Assembly: GCA_958296135.2 (NCBI GenBank)
Contig: CATQHZ020000001.1
Location: 4,768,001-4,832,000 of the forward strand
Reading direction: 5' to 3'
DNA: 64,000 nt
DNA from: an uncultured Poribacteria bacterium
Lineage (GTDB): Bacteria; Poribacteria; WGA-4E; WGA-3G
The notes under the pieces were generated by a model. The model did not search any database and was not told the DNA's origin. It saw only the letters and a program-made list of their open reading frames with translations. Both the position numbers and the translations under genes were made by a program. Shown here piece by piece: positions 20,066 through 30,051 of the stretch (within the stretch, counting starts at the first letter, position 1; every line of letters starts with the position of its first letter).

Positions 20066-20671
20066 ATGGCATATAGCAATTGGACCTTAGATGCAGTGCA
20101 GGAAAAGTTTCAATTGGAAGAGATTGATGCCCAGGGCATCTTTGCAGACATTGAACCGGTGGCACCGAGTGCCCATCTGACCGCGGCCTTGGAACGTAAA
20201 GCGGCGTTAGCCATCGCTATCAGCACAGAGAAGGCAAAATCCGAACTCATTGTCGCCGATGTACTCGTGGAACTCCGCGAGCATTTTGAGAGACGCATCA
20301 GTTTTTTCTCCGGGATTGAGTTCAACGTGGATGCCGAAAACGACCTGAACGGCGTATGTGATTTTGTCGTCAGTCTCTCGCCGCGGCAATTTTCTTTGAA
20401 GGCACCTGTCATCGTCCTTGTTGAGGCGAAAAGGGATAACCTGACAGAGGGGCTCGGGCAGTGTGTCGCGGAAATGGTCGCAGCCCAACGTTTTAACGCG
20501 GCAGCCGGGAATGACATTCCGGGTGTCTATGGGGCTACCACATCAGGCACAGAATGGCTATTCCTCAAGTTAGAGGGGCAGAAACTCTGCATTGACATGA
20601 CCGCGTATCACATCGAGCGGTGCGACAGGGTCCTCGGTATCCTTGCAAGTATGGTGGCACAAAAGGCATGA
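20066..20671 (+). CDS. PD-(D/E)XK nuclease-like hypothetical protein (intact paralog of the IS-split gene)
   Basis: EKAKSE, GVCDF, VEAK, GLGQCVAEMVAAQ, YGATTSGTEW. Nuclease fold is inferred from the D...ExK spacing. Confidence 0.8.
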   Translation: MAYSNWTLDAVQEKFQLEEIDAQGIFADIEPVAPSAHLTAALERKAALAIAISTEKAKSELIVADVLVELREHFERRISFFSGIEFNVDAENDLNGVCDFVVSLSPRQFSLKAPVIVLVEAKRDNLTEGLGQCVAEMVAAQRFNAAAGNDIPGVYGATTSGTEWLFLKLEGQKLCIDMTAYHIERCDRVLGILASMVAQKA

Positions 20672-20714
20672 GTGGGCAGAAAAAGAAGAGTGAAGCGATA
20701 GCGCGCGGTTTTCC

Positions 20715-20744
20715 TTGACATCGCTCCGCTGGATAGGGTATCAT
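20715..20744 (+). promoter_or_regulatory. Sigma-70 promoter
   Basis: TTGACA-18-TATCAT. Confidence 0.65.
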
Positions 20745-20811
20745 AAAAATGTTGACAAAAGATAACGGACAAACGGTGCCAGCTCGGCACACTCACACTC
20801 GGAGGAATTTA

Positions 20812-21309
20812 ATGGCAGACACACACAAACCCGCACCAGAACAGCCACCCCCCGCAACGCGTTCAACCGTCTTTACCGTCAAAGACGCAGAAAGAGCCGT
20901 CTACAACTTTCTCGCTCTCACCGTGGTCTACATTCTCGCGGTTTTCGCCTACGAGATTGACACCGCCTGGCACGGTTTCCTCGCGGTAGGGTGGATACTC
21001 TTTATACATTCACCGCAGTTTCTCGCAACTGCAACAATTCTCATCATTTCCCGAGAAGGAGGGGATATCATGTTATTCCGACGTTGGACAGAAGCCCGGC
21101 GACAGCACGCCGCAGCCGTCGCCAAAGCCAAAGACGAAGGCCGGAGCCAAGGCCTCAACCAAGGGCGCGACGAAGGCTTCAACCAAGGCCGCAACGAAGG
21201 GCGCGACGAAGGCCGCAACGAGATGCAGCAGCAGTGGACCGCGTGGAACACACGCCGCCTCGCCGCTGCAGCGAAGGGCGAACCTTTCAACGAACCACCG
21301 CCGCAATAA
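20812..21309 (+). CDS. Membrane protein with EGR/QG repeats and AWN..RR..GEPF.EPPP tail; internal in-frame start at 21070
   Basis: SD GGAGGA before ATG 20812; hydrophobic helices; second SD GAAGGAGGGG 5 nt before in-frame ATG 21070. Confidence 0.8.
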   Translation: MADTHKPAPEQPPPATRSTVFTVKDAERAVYNFLALTVVYILAVFAYEIDTAWHGFLAVGWILFIHSPQFLATATILIISREGGDIMLFRRWTEARRQHAAAVAKAKDEGRSQGLNQGRDEGFNQGRNEGRDEGRNEMQQQWTAWNTRRLAAAAKGEPFNEPPPQ

Positions 21310-21314
21310 ACGGC

Positions 21315-21356
21315 AAAAAAAGCGTGGGCCATTTCCATAAATGGCCCACGCTTCTC
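21315..21356. terminator. Hairpin terminator (copy 1)
   Basis: A7-GCGTGGGCCATTT-CCAT-AAATGGCCCACGC-TT; identical copy at 21926-21969. Confidence 0.7.
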
Positions 21357-21925
21357 GCGTCCAAAAAAACGCCAATACCAACCGAAACGCAAGAAACAGC
21401 ACCTTAAACCGGCCGCGCGAACCCCCCTGATTGACCCTAGCATGGCGCGGCACAGGACCGCGCCCTACGGACTAAGGGGGCCCTTTCCCTCGCGAAGCCC
21501 CGAACGAAACGAAAACGCAAAAACGCTACTTTTACCGTAGCGCGAGGGCCCGGCGATCACTAATCGCCGAGGGTTCCCCTCGCGATCGTGGGTCGAGCCG
21601 AAGAACCTCCCCTCCTACCGTAGCGCGAGGGCCCGGCGAGCGCGAATCGCCGAGGGAAACCCTCGCAATCGTAGGAGACGAAAACGGCCCTTCCACCGGC
21701 CCTCGCGAACCCCTTCGATTGACCCACACATGGCGCAGCACAGGACCGCGCCCTACGGTTCAAGGGGGGGCCTGTCACTCGCGAACCCCCTTGATAGACC
21801 CACGCATGGCGCAGCACAGCACCGCGCCCTACAGACTAAGGACCACCGGCCCGCGCAATCCCCTCAATAGACCCAGGCATGGCGCAGCACAAGACCGCGC
21901 CCTACGGTTCAAGGGGGCCCTCCCC
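21357..21925. repeat. REP/REPIN array
   Basis: Multiple GTAG-REP1 and REP2 units, some carrying a CGGCGA...TCGCCG loop cassette. Confidence 0.9.
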
Positions 21926-21969
21926 TAAAAAAAAGCGTGGGCCATTTCCATAAATGGCCCACGCTTCTC
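21926..21969 (-). terminator. Hairpin terminator (copy 2) downstream of the aspartyl protease
   Basis: Same hairpin followed by a T-run on the minus strand. Confidence 0.75.
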
Positions 21970-21981
21970 GCGCCCAAACCG

Positions 21982-22350
21982 CTAAGGTTCGGTGGAAACT
22001 CGTTCCAACTCAACGGTGCCAGTGACGAAATTAACCTGAAGCCGATAGGCACGCAACAGACGCGTCCCAAGCAGAATGTGACTATCTGCAACGAACGTCG
22101 TCCTTGCCCGAATGACTTGGCCGTCAAAAGGGAATTCAACTAAATAGACATCTTCCTCAATAGTTTGGCCCCCAGCTAACGCAAAAGTGACGGGCCCCAT
22201 ATAATTGACGACGTTCAAAGACGCGCGCAAGGTTTCTGGTAATTCCAAATCGCCGTTGAAACCGGTATCAATGGTAGCCACCCATTCGCGCCCTGCAACC
22301 CACAGGCGAATCGTCGGCACACCCGCTGCCGTGACTTTCCCCTGAATCAC
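21982..22350 (-). CDS. Clan AA (retropepsin-like) aspartyl protease
   Basis: IDTGFNGDL and ILLGTRLL; GTGA start/stop overlap with the upstream gene. Confidence 0.88.
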   Translation of the reverse strand: MIQGKVTAAGVPTIRLWVAGREWVATIDTGFNGDLELPETLRASLNVVNYMGPVTFALAGGQTIEEDVYLVEFPFDGQVIRARTTFVADSHILLGTRLLRAYRLQVNFVTGTVELERVSTEP

Positions 22351-22598
22351 CGACGGCCCCCTTTCAAAAAATAGGTTGCATGCCCAACGCGTTCAAAGAA
22401 AATGGGAGACTTCAAGCCTTCCGCTGCCCGTTGCTCAACGACATCTTCCATTGACTCACCGAACCAGATTCGGCCGCTTTTCGGATCGATGCCCGCTGTC
22501 TGCCCATGCCGCTCCGAGAGGTCATGCGCTTCTTGATACGCCTCCCAAACCTGCCGGCACTTGACTGAATCAGCCGGATCCCATCTTGGATCTCTCAT
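22347..22598 (-). CDS. Small hypothetical protein coupled to the aspartyl protease (antitoxin-like partner)
   Basis: MRDPRW...GQTAGIDPKSGRIWFGES...ERVG; SD GGAGG; 4-bp overlap with the protease. Confidence 0.75.
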   Translation of the reverse strand: MRDPRWDPADSVKCRQVWEAYQEAHDLSERHGQTAGIDPKSGRIWFGESMEDVVEQRAAEGLKSPIFFERVGHATYFLKGGRR

Positions 22599-22684
22599 CC
22601 TGAAATCCTCCTTGATACTAGACAACTTATACAATAAAATACCATCCCTCGCAAGCAAATGTCAACAAAAAACGCCAATACCAC

Positions 22685-23085
22685 GAATAGGCCCCTTGAA
22701 CCGTAGCGCGAGGGCCTGTCCCTCGCGAATCCCCGACCGACACAAAAAACGCCACCTTCCACCCAAACAAAAACGGCCCTTAAACCGTAGCGCGAGGGCC
22801 GTCACGCCGAAACTTTGTCATCTCTGCAGTCCCGCTGCAGAGATGTCCACTGTCCCTCGCGATCCCTCGATCCAAGCGAAAACGCCAATTAAACCGCAGC
22901 GCGAACCCCTTCGATTGACCTAGCATGGCGCAGCACAGGACCGCGCCCTACGGACTAAGGAAGCCCTCCCCTCGCGATCCCTCGATCCAAGCGAAAACGC
23001 CAATTAAACCGCAGCGCGAACCCCCCTTGATAGACCCACGCATGGCGCAGCACAGGACCGCGCCCTACGGTTCAAGGGGGCCCTT
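22685..23085. repeat. REP/REPIN array downstream of RAYT
   Basis: REP1 and REP2 units, with a 50-bp loop cassette at 22801-22850. Confidence 0.9.
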
Positions 23086-23604
23086 TCCTTTCCCTCCACC
23101 ACGGCGAAAATTCTCTGGCACAAGATAGGACCGGTCCAAAACCCACTGCCGCGGATTATTTTCAATATACGCACGAAACGCTCCCAAATCTGACGCATCG
23201 CGGATAACGTGCTCATGGAAACCCGGCTGCCACAACTTTTTACTAAAACGCCGCCAGCCCGCCGATGAAACTCCCCGAATATACGCACGCGTCGTAACAG
23301 ACTTAAAATAATTCACAATCTCCAGCAAGGACACCGCCGGAGAAGACTCCCGCAAAATAAATAAGATACCGTGGAAATGATCCGGCATCGCCTGACAAAA
23401 ATCCATCTGGAGATGTGGATACCGATGCCGCAATGCTGCCCACTGCCTTTCAAGCATGCTCGCAGCATCGTTTAAGATGAGCGCACCATCGCTGAGACCG
23501 CCGAAAAGGCAGGAGCGGTTGCGGGTAGCAAGGGTAACAAGGTACGCCCCCGGCTGGGAATAGTCGTATGCAGTGAGATGCGGATTTTTGCGTGATTTTT
23601 TCAT
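23065..23604 (-). CDS. rayT: REP-associated tyrosine transposase (RAYT/TnpA-REP, Y1 HUH)
   Basis: YDYSQPGAYLVT..T..R, MPDHFHGI (HUH), LWQPGFHEHVIRD, YIENNP (catalytic Tyr); flanked by REP arrays; its stop codon is the TAG of a REP GTAG. Confidence 0.92.
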   Translation of the reverse strand: MKKSRKNPHLTAYDYSQPGAYLVTLATRNRSCLFGGLSDGALILNDAASMLERQWAALRHRYPHLQMDFCQAMPDHFHGILFILRESSPAVSLLEIVNYFKSVTTRAYIRGVSSAGWRRFSKKLWQPGFHEHVIRDASDLGAFRAYIENNPRQWVLDRSYLVPENFRRGGGKGKGPLEP

Positions 23605-23609
23605 AAACA

Positions 23610-24520
23610 AAAACGGCCCCTTAAACCGTACAAAAACGGCCCTTGAACCGTAGCGCGAGGGCCCGGCGATCGCGAATCGCCGAGGGTTCCCCTCGCGATC
23701 GTGGATCGAAACAAAAACGCCCCTTTTACCGTAGCGCGAGGGCCGTTACGCCGAAACTTTGTCATCTCTGCAGCCTCGCTGCAGAGATGTCCACTGTCCC
23801 TCGCGATCGTTGATCGAAACAAAAACGCCCCTTGAACCGTAGCGCGAGGGCCGTCACGCCGAAACTTTGTCATCTCTGCCGCCTCGCTGCAGAGATGTCC
23901 ACTGTCCCTCGCGAACCCTCGACCCAAACAAAAACGGCCCTTCCACCAAAACAAAAACGGCCCCTTTTACCGTAGCGCGAGGGCCGTTACGCCGAAACTT
24001 TGTCATCTCTGCCGCCTCGCTGCAGAGATGTCCACTGTCCCTCGCGATCGTGGGTCGAGCCGAAGAACCTCCCCTCATTCCGTCTTGATAGACCTTAGCA
24101 TGGCGAGGCACAAGACCTCGCCCTACGGACTAAGGGGCCCTTTCCCTCGCGAACCCCATCGATAGACCTTAGCATGGCGAGGCACAAGACCTCGCCCTAC
24201 GGACTAAGGGGCCCTTTCCCTCGCGAACCCCATCGATAGACCTAGCATGGCGCAGCACAGGACCGCGCCCTACGGTTCAAGGGGCCCTTTCCCTCGCGAA
24301 CCCCATCGATTGACCTTAGCATGGCGAGGGACAGGCCCTCGCCCTACGGTTCAAGGGGCCCTTTCCCTCTGGCATGGCGAGGCACAAGACCTCGCCCTAC
24401 GGTTCAAGGGGCCCTTTCCCTCTGGCATGGCGCAGCACAAGACCGCGCCCTACGGTTCAAGGGGGCCCTTTCCCTCTAGCATGGCGCGGCACAGCACCGC
24501 GCCCTACGGACTAAGGGGCC
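23610..24520. repeat. Large REP array upstream of RAYT
   Basis: A run of REP1 units (three with the 50-bp cassette), then seven tandem REP2 units spaced about 73 or about 53 bp. Confidence 0.92.
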
Positions 24521-24526
24521 ACCCCT

Positions 24527-24571
24527 TAAAACAAAAAGCGCGGGCAATTTCATAAGAAATCGCCCGCGCTT
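24527..24571 (-). terminator. Rho-independent terminator of the large surface-protein gene
   Basis: AAGCGCGGGCGATTTC-TTAT-GAAATTGCCCGCGCTT followed by TTTGTTTT on the minus strand. Confidence 0.85.
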
Positions 24572-24600
24572 CGCGTTAGATGAGCTCTCCCTGAGAGAGA

Positions 24601-27600
24601 CTACTCACGATATTTCAATGCACCCCAGGTGGTCGTCGCTTTCCCTGCAGCACCCACATGCCCGTAAAGACGCGTGGTCCGCAAGGTCTGACGATCTCCA
24701 TCCAAGGAGACATCTTCGATTTGATAGAAATACAGAACATTCGGTTTGGCACTGGTGTCCGTCCACGTATACGTGTTCTTCTCACCCGTCGTGCCCGCAC
24801 CCGGAATCAACTGCGAATTGATCTTCGTGAACTCGCCTGTCCGAGACGCGCCACGCAGAATGTTAAACCCTGCATTGTCTAACTCAGACTCCGTCGCCCA
24901 CGTGATGACAACAGCACCCGCATCGTTACGCTTCGAGTAGAAACTCGACAACTGAACAGGCAGCGGACCGCCCGGCGTATAACCCGGTGTGCCGATATCG
25001 TCTTCATCGCCGTAGTAGAGGGTCTCAACACCCACTTCGCCACCATTCGTGTTGACCGCGGAACGCCATGCATCATCTTCCGTGCCATCACCTTCGGTGC
25101 CACTCACGCGGACCATGGAACTACGGCCGCCCTCTTCAAGGTTACCACCCTTCAAGGGCCAATTCGGTGCGGCGTTGCGCTTGTCGTCAAGGTTACCCAC
25201 CTCATCTACCATCACCTTATCAGGATCGGAGAGGCTGATGTAGAACCCAATGGTACTCAGCACGGCATCCCGACGACTTGTCATTTCTGCCGTATCGCGG
25301 AGACTCCGGGTCGACCAGATGCTGATAATCCGATCTCTCGGGAACCGCTTGTCGTCGTTGGAATCACCAGACGCACTCACAACCAGAACGGTCTGATTCG
25401 GCTGGATCCGCACGTCAGGCAGTCTCAACTCATAGTCAAACTTGACATTCAGGTCCTCCGAAGCATCGCTGACGTTCCGGACATTCAGTCTCCAACCATT
25501 TAACTTGACAGCCTGCGTCTTGGAGGGGTTATACAGCTCGATCCACTGCGGCACGCGGCCATTACCTGTGCCGAACATAATCTCGCTGATAACAACAGGA
25601 TCGGAGGCCGTGAGATCTTTGACTTTATCCTTCACGGCACCGTTGTCGTAACCCGGTGTACCGCTATTCATCGTAGTCGCAGCCCGGTCTATCCCGAGAC
25701 CCGTCACGCCGCCATCATGCTTCCAAGCATCGGCGTGGTCAAGGTTCTTGCCCTTGTCACGAACCCAGGTGTTGCCATTGCTCTCATTGAGATCGTTGGT
25801 TTGAATCGCCTCCCAGACTTTCAGCGGCCAGACTTTGGTACCCCGAGCATCATCGCTGAGGTTCAGATTCCCGATATGCCCAGCGATGTCAACAATCTTC
25901 TCATCTGATCCGAGCTTTTTCTCCGTCCGAAGGACGAGGAGGTAATTCTCTTTCGGAATATTCAGACCGCTGTCAATATAGAATTGCGTCGGCAAACCGT
26001 TCGCATTGCTACTCGGATTGTCAACGTTCTCACCCGCGGAGAGTGAAGTCTCGGACGGATCTTCATTGACAACCATCAGGAAGCCTTTCGCGGGAACCAT
26101 AATGTTCTCATCGCTCTCAAACGTAAACAGTTCGACGTCTTTATCATTACCAACACCGGTAACTTTGCTCAACACCCAGCCGTTGATTTTGACATCGGCA
26201 CTGCCAGGGTTGTAAAGTTCAAGCCAGTCGTCTTTCTCGCTGCTGCGGTTAGCAACCTCGTTGAAAACAACCGACTTGCTGATGCTCGTCTTGGTAATCT
26301 GCACCACCGCGCTTGTGCCCGGTGTGCCGAGACGAAGACCGCTCATGTTACGGCGGGGAGCCTTAGAAGCCTGCCAACTGCCGGATCTCGCACCGTCAGG
26401 AACCGCCCCTAATTGCTTATTCCGATTCTTAGCCGCGTCATTGGCATCATGTACCTTAGCGACATCAACGTAATTGATCTTACGCTCCATCGAAACGAGT
26501 TGACGTGCAGATACAACCACCGTCGCCTCTGTACGCCCACCTTGCCCGTAGGCACCACCGGCTACGTCGGAAACCTGCCAATAATTTTCGCCTAATCCCC
26601 AGTTAGTCAATTTATCAACCACTGGCGCAGCGGTAGTCGTGGCAGGGCCCGCTTTATCTGCGGGAACCGCAAGCATCGTAGCACCATTACCACCGTCTGT
26701 AAACTCAACTGTAAGCATGCCGGTGATAGCACTCGCTGTGGTATTATAGATTTCAATCCACTGGCTGTTCGTTGAAGGATTCTTCGAGGCATCGTTACCC
26801 CACATCAACTCACTGATAACGAGATCTTTCACATTCGCCCCAGTGAATTTCAGATCTATAGCACCACCACTGCCGGTCGCAAGGAAGTCACTCAGATCGA
26901 CCCAAGCTTCGTCTGCAACGTCCACGGGTGTGAGACCCGTAATACCGGAATCGTTAGGAGACTTCGCAAGCACCGTCCAATCATTAGCCGGAACTGTGAC
27001 CTGGACACTAAATCCTTTTCTTCCTGTCGGAAGCGACGTGCCAATTCCAGTCGGTGTCGTGGTAACAGGCACTGTAGTAACGGTAACTGTAAACGGCTTT
27101 GAGATCGCGGCATTACCGAGACCCGCTGACATCACACCATCTGCCTTCACTGTGACTGTCACAGGAGACTTCCGATCAGCCGCGTCCGGCAGCACAACCA
27201 TCGCAGTGTAGATAGCTTTCACGTCAGCCGTAGGAGGCATCGTTAGATCTCTGCTCAGACTACCTTCTTCAAGCGAACCGTTAGTAACGGTAATATCTGT
27301 CGCCTGTAAGCCATCGTTGGCACCGGCTCCCGGTTCCGCTGAAAGTTCAAACGTTACAGGAAATTTAAGCGTCATCGCATCAATCGGCACCGTAACCGTA
27401 GAATTAATGGTCACCGTCGGACGAGGGTTAATCGTGACATCCTCCGTCATCGCAGGATCGAGCTTGTTCCCGTTCACATCAGCGACAGCATCCTTCTTCA
27501 CCCCGACTGTCACCTTCGTGGCACCGTCAGCCGGATTGATGACAACAATAAACGTAGGTGTGCCCGCTGCAGCACCAGGTTTTGCCCACGAACCTACAAC

Positions 27601-28359
27601 TTCTGAAGGATCATCAGCACCTGAGGCAGGCGCAGGCGTGGTTGCAATGCTAACATCATCAGCATGAGCAAACCCAGCAGCTCCAGTCCCGAGGGGCTCG
27701 GAAAACTCAAACTCTAACTGAAAGATATCGTCAACACCCATGCCACCAGTAACGCTAATCGCCGACGCAGTACCTCCCGTGTTTGCTCCTCCGGTTATTG
27801 TTACCGTCGGTTTCAGCGTATCAAGGCTATCGTAAGCAATCGTCGCCACCACGCCAGTAGCGTCATACGTGTTAGTAGGAGCGGCATCTTCTTCAAACTC
27901 TACGCTGCCAGTAACAAAGGCTCTAAGACCAATGATGAGATTGCCCTTCTCATTGGTGGGAACTGCTACAGTCACTGTAAACGTCGTTCCTAATCCCGCT
28001 GTCGGCGTGCTATCCGTTTTCGCGAGCTCAGAACTTGTAGGCCGACGACTCTCACTGCTACCGTCTTCCTTATTAAAAGTGACTATAATATCTTCGACAC
28101 CAAATCCATCCACAGTAGTAACAGCAGCAGTCTCACCTGCCTTAGTCTCACCTGCCACCTTCACTGCTGCAGTGAAGGTGATTGTGGCTACAACATTGCC
28201 GCTCATAGCGGTCGCCCCCGCCGCGGGCGTTGTCTGTACTACCGTCGGTGTGCCTCCCAGGGCGGCATGCACGTCCACCACTGGAGCCGCGAGGAAGGTA
28301 ATTCCTGCGATCAGCAGTAAGACAAAGAAACTCGGTAAGGAAAGTAATTTCCTTTCCAT
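24601..28359 (-). CDS. Large secreted protein with Ig-like and three lamin-tail (LTD) domains; Poribacteria-type C-terminal domain
   Basis: Signal peptide; Thr/Val-rich Ig-like repeats; LVISELM..QWIEIYN, VVFNEV..DWLELYN, VVISEIM..QWIELYN; PLPVQLSSF...ATTWGALK. Confidence 0.88.
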   Translation of the reverse strand: MERKLLSLPSFFVLLLIAGITFLAAPVVDVHAALGGTPTVVQTTPAAGATAMSGNVVATITFTAAVKVAGETKAGETAAVTTVDGFGVEDIIVTFNKEDGSSESRRPTSSELAKTDSTPTAGLGTTFTVTVAVPTNEKGNLIIGLRAFVTGSVEFEEDAAPTNTYDATGVVATIAYDSLDTLKPTVTITGGANTGGTASAISVTGGMGVDDIFQLEFEFSEPLGTGAAGFAHADDVSIATTPAPASGADDPSEVVGSWAKPGAAAGTPTFIVVINPADGATKVTVGVKKDAVADVNGNKLDPAMTEDVTINPRPTVTINSTVTVPIDAMTLKFPVTFELSAEPGAGANDGLQATDITVTNGSLEEGSLSRDLTMPPTADVKAIYTAMVVLPDAADRKSPVTVTVKADGVMSAGLGNAAISKPFTVTVTTVPVTTTPTGIGTSLPTGRKGFSVQVTVPANDWTVLAKSPNDSGITGLTPVDVADEAWVDLSDFLATGSGGAIDLKFTGANVKDLVISELMWGNDASKNPSTNSQWIEIYNTTASAITGMLTVEFTDGGNGATMLAVPADKAGPATTTAAPVVDKLTNWGLGENYWQVSDVAGGAYGQGGRTEATVVVSARQLVSMERKINYVDVAKVHDANDAAKNRNKQLGAVPDGARSGSWQASKAPRRNMSGLRLGTPGTSAVVQITKTSISKSVVFNEVANRSSEKDDWLELYNPGSADVKINGWVLSKVTGVGNDKDVELFTFESDENIMVPAKGFLMVVNEDPSETSLSAGENVDNPSSNANGLPTQFYIDSGLNIPKENYLLVLRTEKKLGSDEKIVDIAGHIGNLNLSDDARGTKVWPLKVWEAIQTNDLNESNGNTWVRDKGKNLDHADAWKHDGGVTGLGIDRAATTMNSGTPGYDNGAVKDKVKDLTASDPVVISEIMFGTGNGRVPQWIELYNPSKTQAVKLNGWRLNVRNVSDASEDLNVKFDYELRLPDVRIQPNQTVLVVSASGDSNDDKRFPRDRIISIWSTRSLRDTAEMTSRRDAVLSTIGFYISLSDPDKVMVDEVGNLDDKRNAAPNWPLKGGNLEEGGRSSMVRVSGTEGDGTEDDAWRSAVNTNGGEVGVETLYYGDEDDIGTPGYTPGGPLPVQLSSFYSKRNDAGAVVITWATESELDNAGFNILRGASRTGEFTKINSQLIPGAGTTGEKNTYTWTDTSAKPNVLYFYQIEDVSLDGDRQTLRTTRLYGHVGAAGKATTTWGALKYRE

Positions 28360-28915
28360 TTAATTTACCTCCGTAAAGAGTATAAAAACTAGAATTAATC
28401 ATTATTATTGGGTTCAGCCGGCTTCTAACGCGTGAGCTCGGTGTCGCCCAATAATCCTCAGGGATTTAGAAGATTCGCTCATGTCGGCTTTCGCCGTGTT
28501 GAGGTTTCTTCATCGTCAACTAGAGAGCCAATCTCTCTAGCGTCATCTAACAAAGTTCTCCAATTCTCCGTATTGCGGTTGCGCTCAGTCGATTGCAACC
28601 TACGGGGTCTTGGGTATATGGTTTTTCGGGTTTAGTCTTGCGCGTTCGTGTGTCCGTTGCTTACGATTTATGCGTAGCCGTTGACACGGGTTAGTTCCGC
28701 GCGGTCTGCCCTATTTGGGCGGTCCAGTTGCGGCGATTTTATGCGCGATGCCAAACCTTAGACACATTCTCTACAATCTCTAAAACGTGAGTTGTGAAAA
28801 ATCGGTTACAAAAAAACACACAAAAAATGTGGATTTCCGATTTTCTGCTCGATTTCAGAGGTTGGGTGGATTTTGCGCGTCAATCCTCTCGCGTTTTCCA
28901 CCGTAATTATGGTTA

Positions 28916-28944
28916 ATTATACCACAAAAGTGGGTAGATGTCAA
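28916..28944 (-). promoter_or_regulatory. Consensus sigma-70 promoter P1 of the surface-protein gene
   Basis: TTGACA-17-TATAAT with extended TG. Confidence 0.85.
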
Positions 28945-29096
28945 ATTTTTTTAGAAAAAATCTGCATCGTTAGTTAATGTATCACATTTTGCGGTTTTTT
29001 GTCAACAATTTTCCGTTGGGCGGGAGTTCGTATTCAGGACAGATTGCTATAGTTGTCCGTTGCTCGCGCGTGCCGGCATGGAAAACTGATACGTTA

Positions 29097-29125
29097 ATTA
29101 TACCTAGAAAACGGTTTGATGTCAA
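29097..29125 (-). promoter_or_regulatory. Consensus sigma-70 promoter P2 (part of a duplicated ~95-bp block)
   Basis: TTGACA-17-TATAAT. Confidence 0.85.
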
Positions 29126-29373
29126 ATTTTTTTAGAAAAAATCCACATCATTTAAGATTGTATCACAATTTAAGTGATTTTATCAAGCAAATTCATCAAA
29201 AAAAGTGATATGGAGTCAAAAATCCGTTAGATTTCCCTTAAAAAGTTGTCATCGTCGCCTATTTTCGCATTTTTTACAATTTTTGTCAAGAAAAAAAGCG
29301 AAAAAAGCGAAAAAAGATGCGAGGGTCATTTTTCCAAGAAAGTGTATCATGAAAAAAGCCATCATCATTTATG

Positions 29374-29402
29374 ATTCTATCATTTTCCCGCGTTTTCGTC
29401 AA
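29374..29402 (-). promoter_or_regulatory. Sigma-70 promoter P3
   Basis: TTGACG-17-TAGAAT. Confidence 0.65.
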
Positions 29403-29454
29403 GAAAAAAATTGTGTGGCGCGGATACGTTCAAAAACCGCCCCTAACGCAAGAA

Positions 29455-29662
29455 ACGGCCCCTTGAACCGTAGCGCGAGGGCCCGGCGATCGCTAATCGC
29501 CGAGGGTTCCCCTCGCGATCCCCCGACCGTCTCAAAAACGTCAATTAAACCACAGCGCAAAAGCCCATCCCTCGCAGCCCCTTCGATAGACCTAGCATGG
29601 CGGAGGAAACCCTCGGCGATTAGCGATCGCCGGGCCCCCGCCCTACGGACTAAGGGGCCCTT
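29455..29662. repeat. REP/REPIN array
   Basis: REP1 and REP2, both carrying the CGGCGA...TCGCCG cassette. Confidence 0.9.
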
Positions 29663-29669
29663 GCGCTCA

Positions 29670-30035
29670 TTACGAACTCTCAACACCGTTCGGCGGCGGC
29701 TCGTCAAACGGTTCACCCTTCTCAGCCGCAGCGATGCGCCGTTCATACCACGCGTTAGCGGCCGCCTGTTCCTCCTGCAGCTGCGCGACAACACCGGGGT
29801 CTGTCCCATTAGGCATCGGTTCGTCAAACGGCGCGCCAATTTGCTCAGCGTGGAGACGGCGTTTGTTCCAAGCCTGCAGCGCCTCGCGTTCTTCCTGTAA
29901 CCGCGCAATGGTCTCGGCAGCACGGCGGTTCTCTTCAGCAGCCGTGCGTATCGCCGCTTCCGCAGCAAGTCGGCCTTCGCGCTCCTCGCGAATCCTACCA
30001 TCGCGCCATTCACGATACCGGTCATGAAGCATCAT
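29670..30035 (-). CDS. Small soluble protein with two AW..RR..G.PFDEP.P modules (copy 1)
   Basis: SD AAGGAG 8 nt before ATG 30035; homologous to 32009-32347 and 32874-33212. Confidence 0.8.
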   Translation of the reverse strand: MMLHDRYREWRDGRIREEREGRLAAEAAIRTAAEENRRAAETIARLQEEREALQAWNKRRLHAEQIGAPFDEPMPNGTDPGVVAQLQEEQAAANAWYERRIAAAEKGEPFDEPPPNGVESS

Positions 30036-30051
30036 CAGAAACACTCCTTAG

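Noticed and set aside
24085-24520. Seven regularly spaced palindromic repeats resembling a CRISPR array
   Set aside because: The spacers are near-identical rather than unique, the repeats are GTAG-REPs next to a RAYT, and there are no cas genes in the window.
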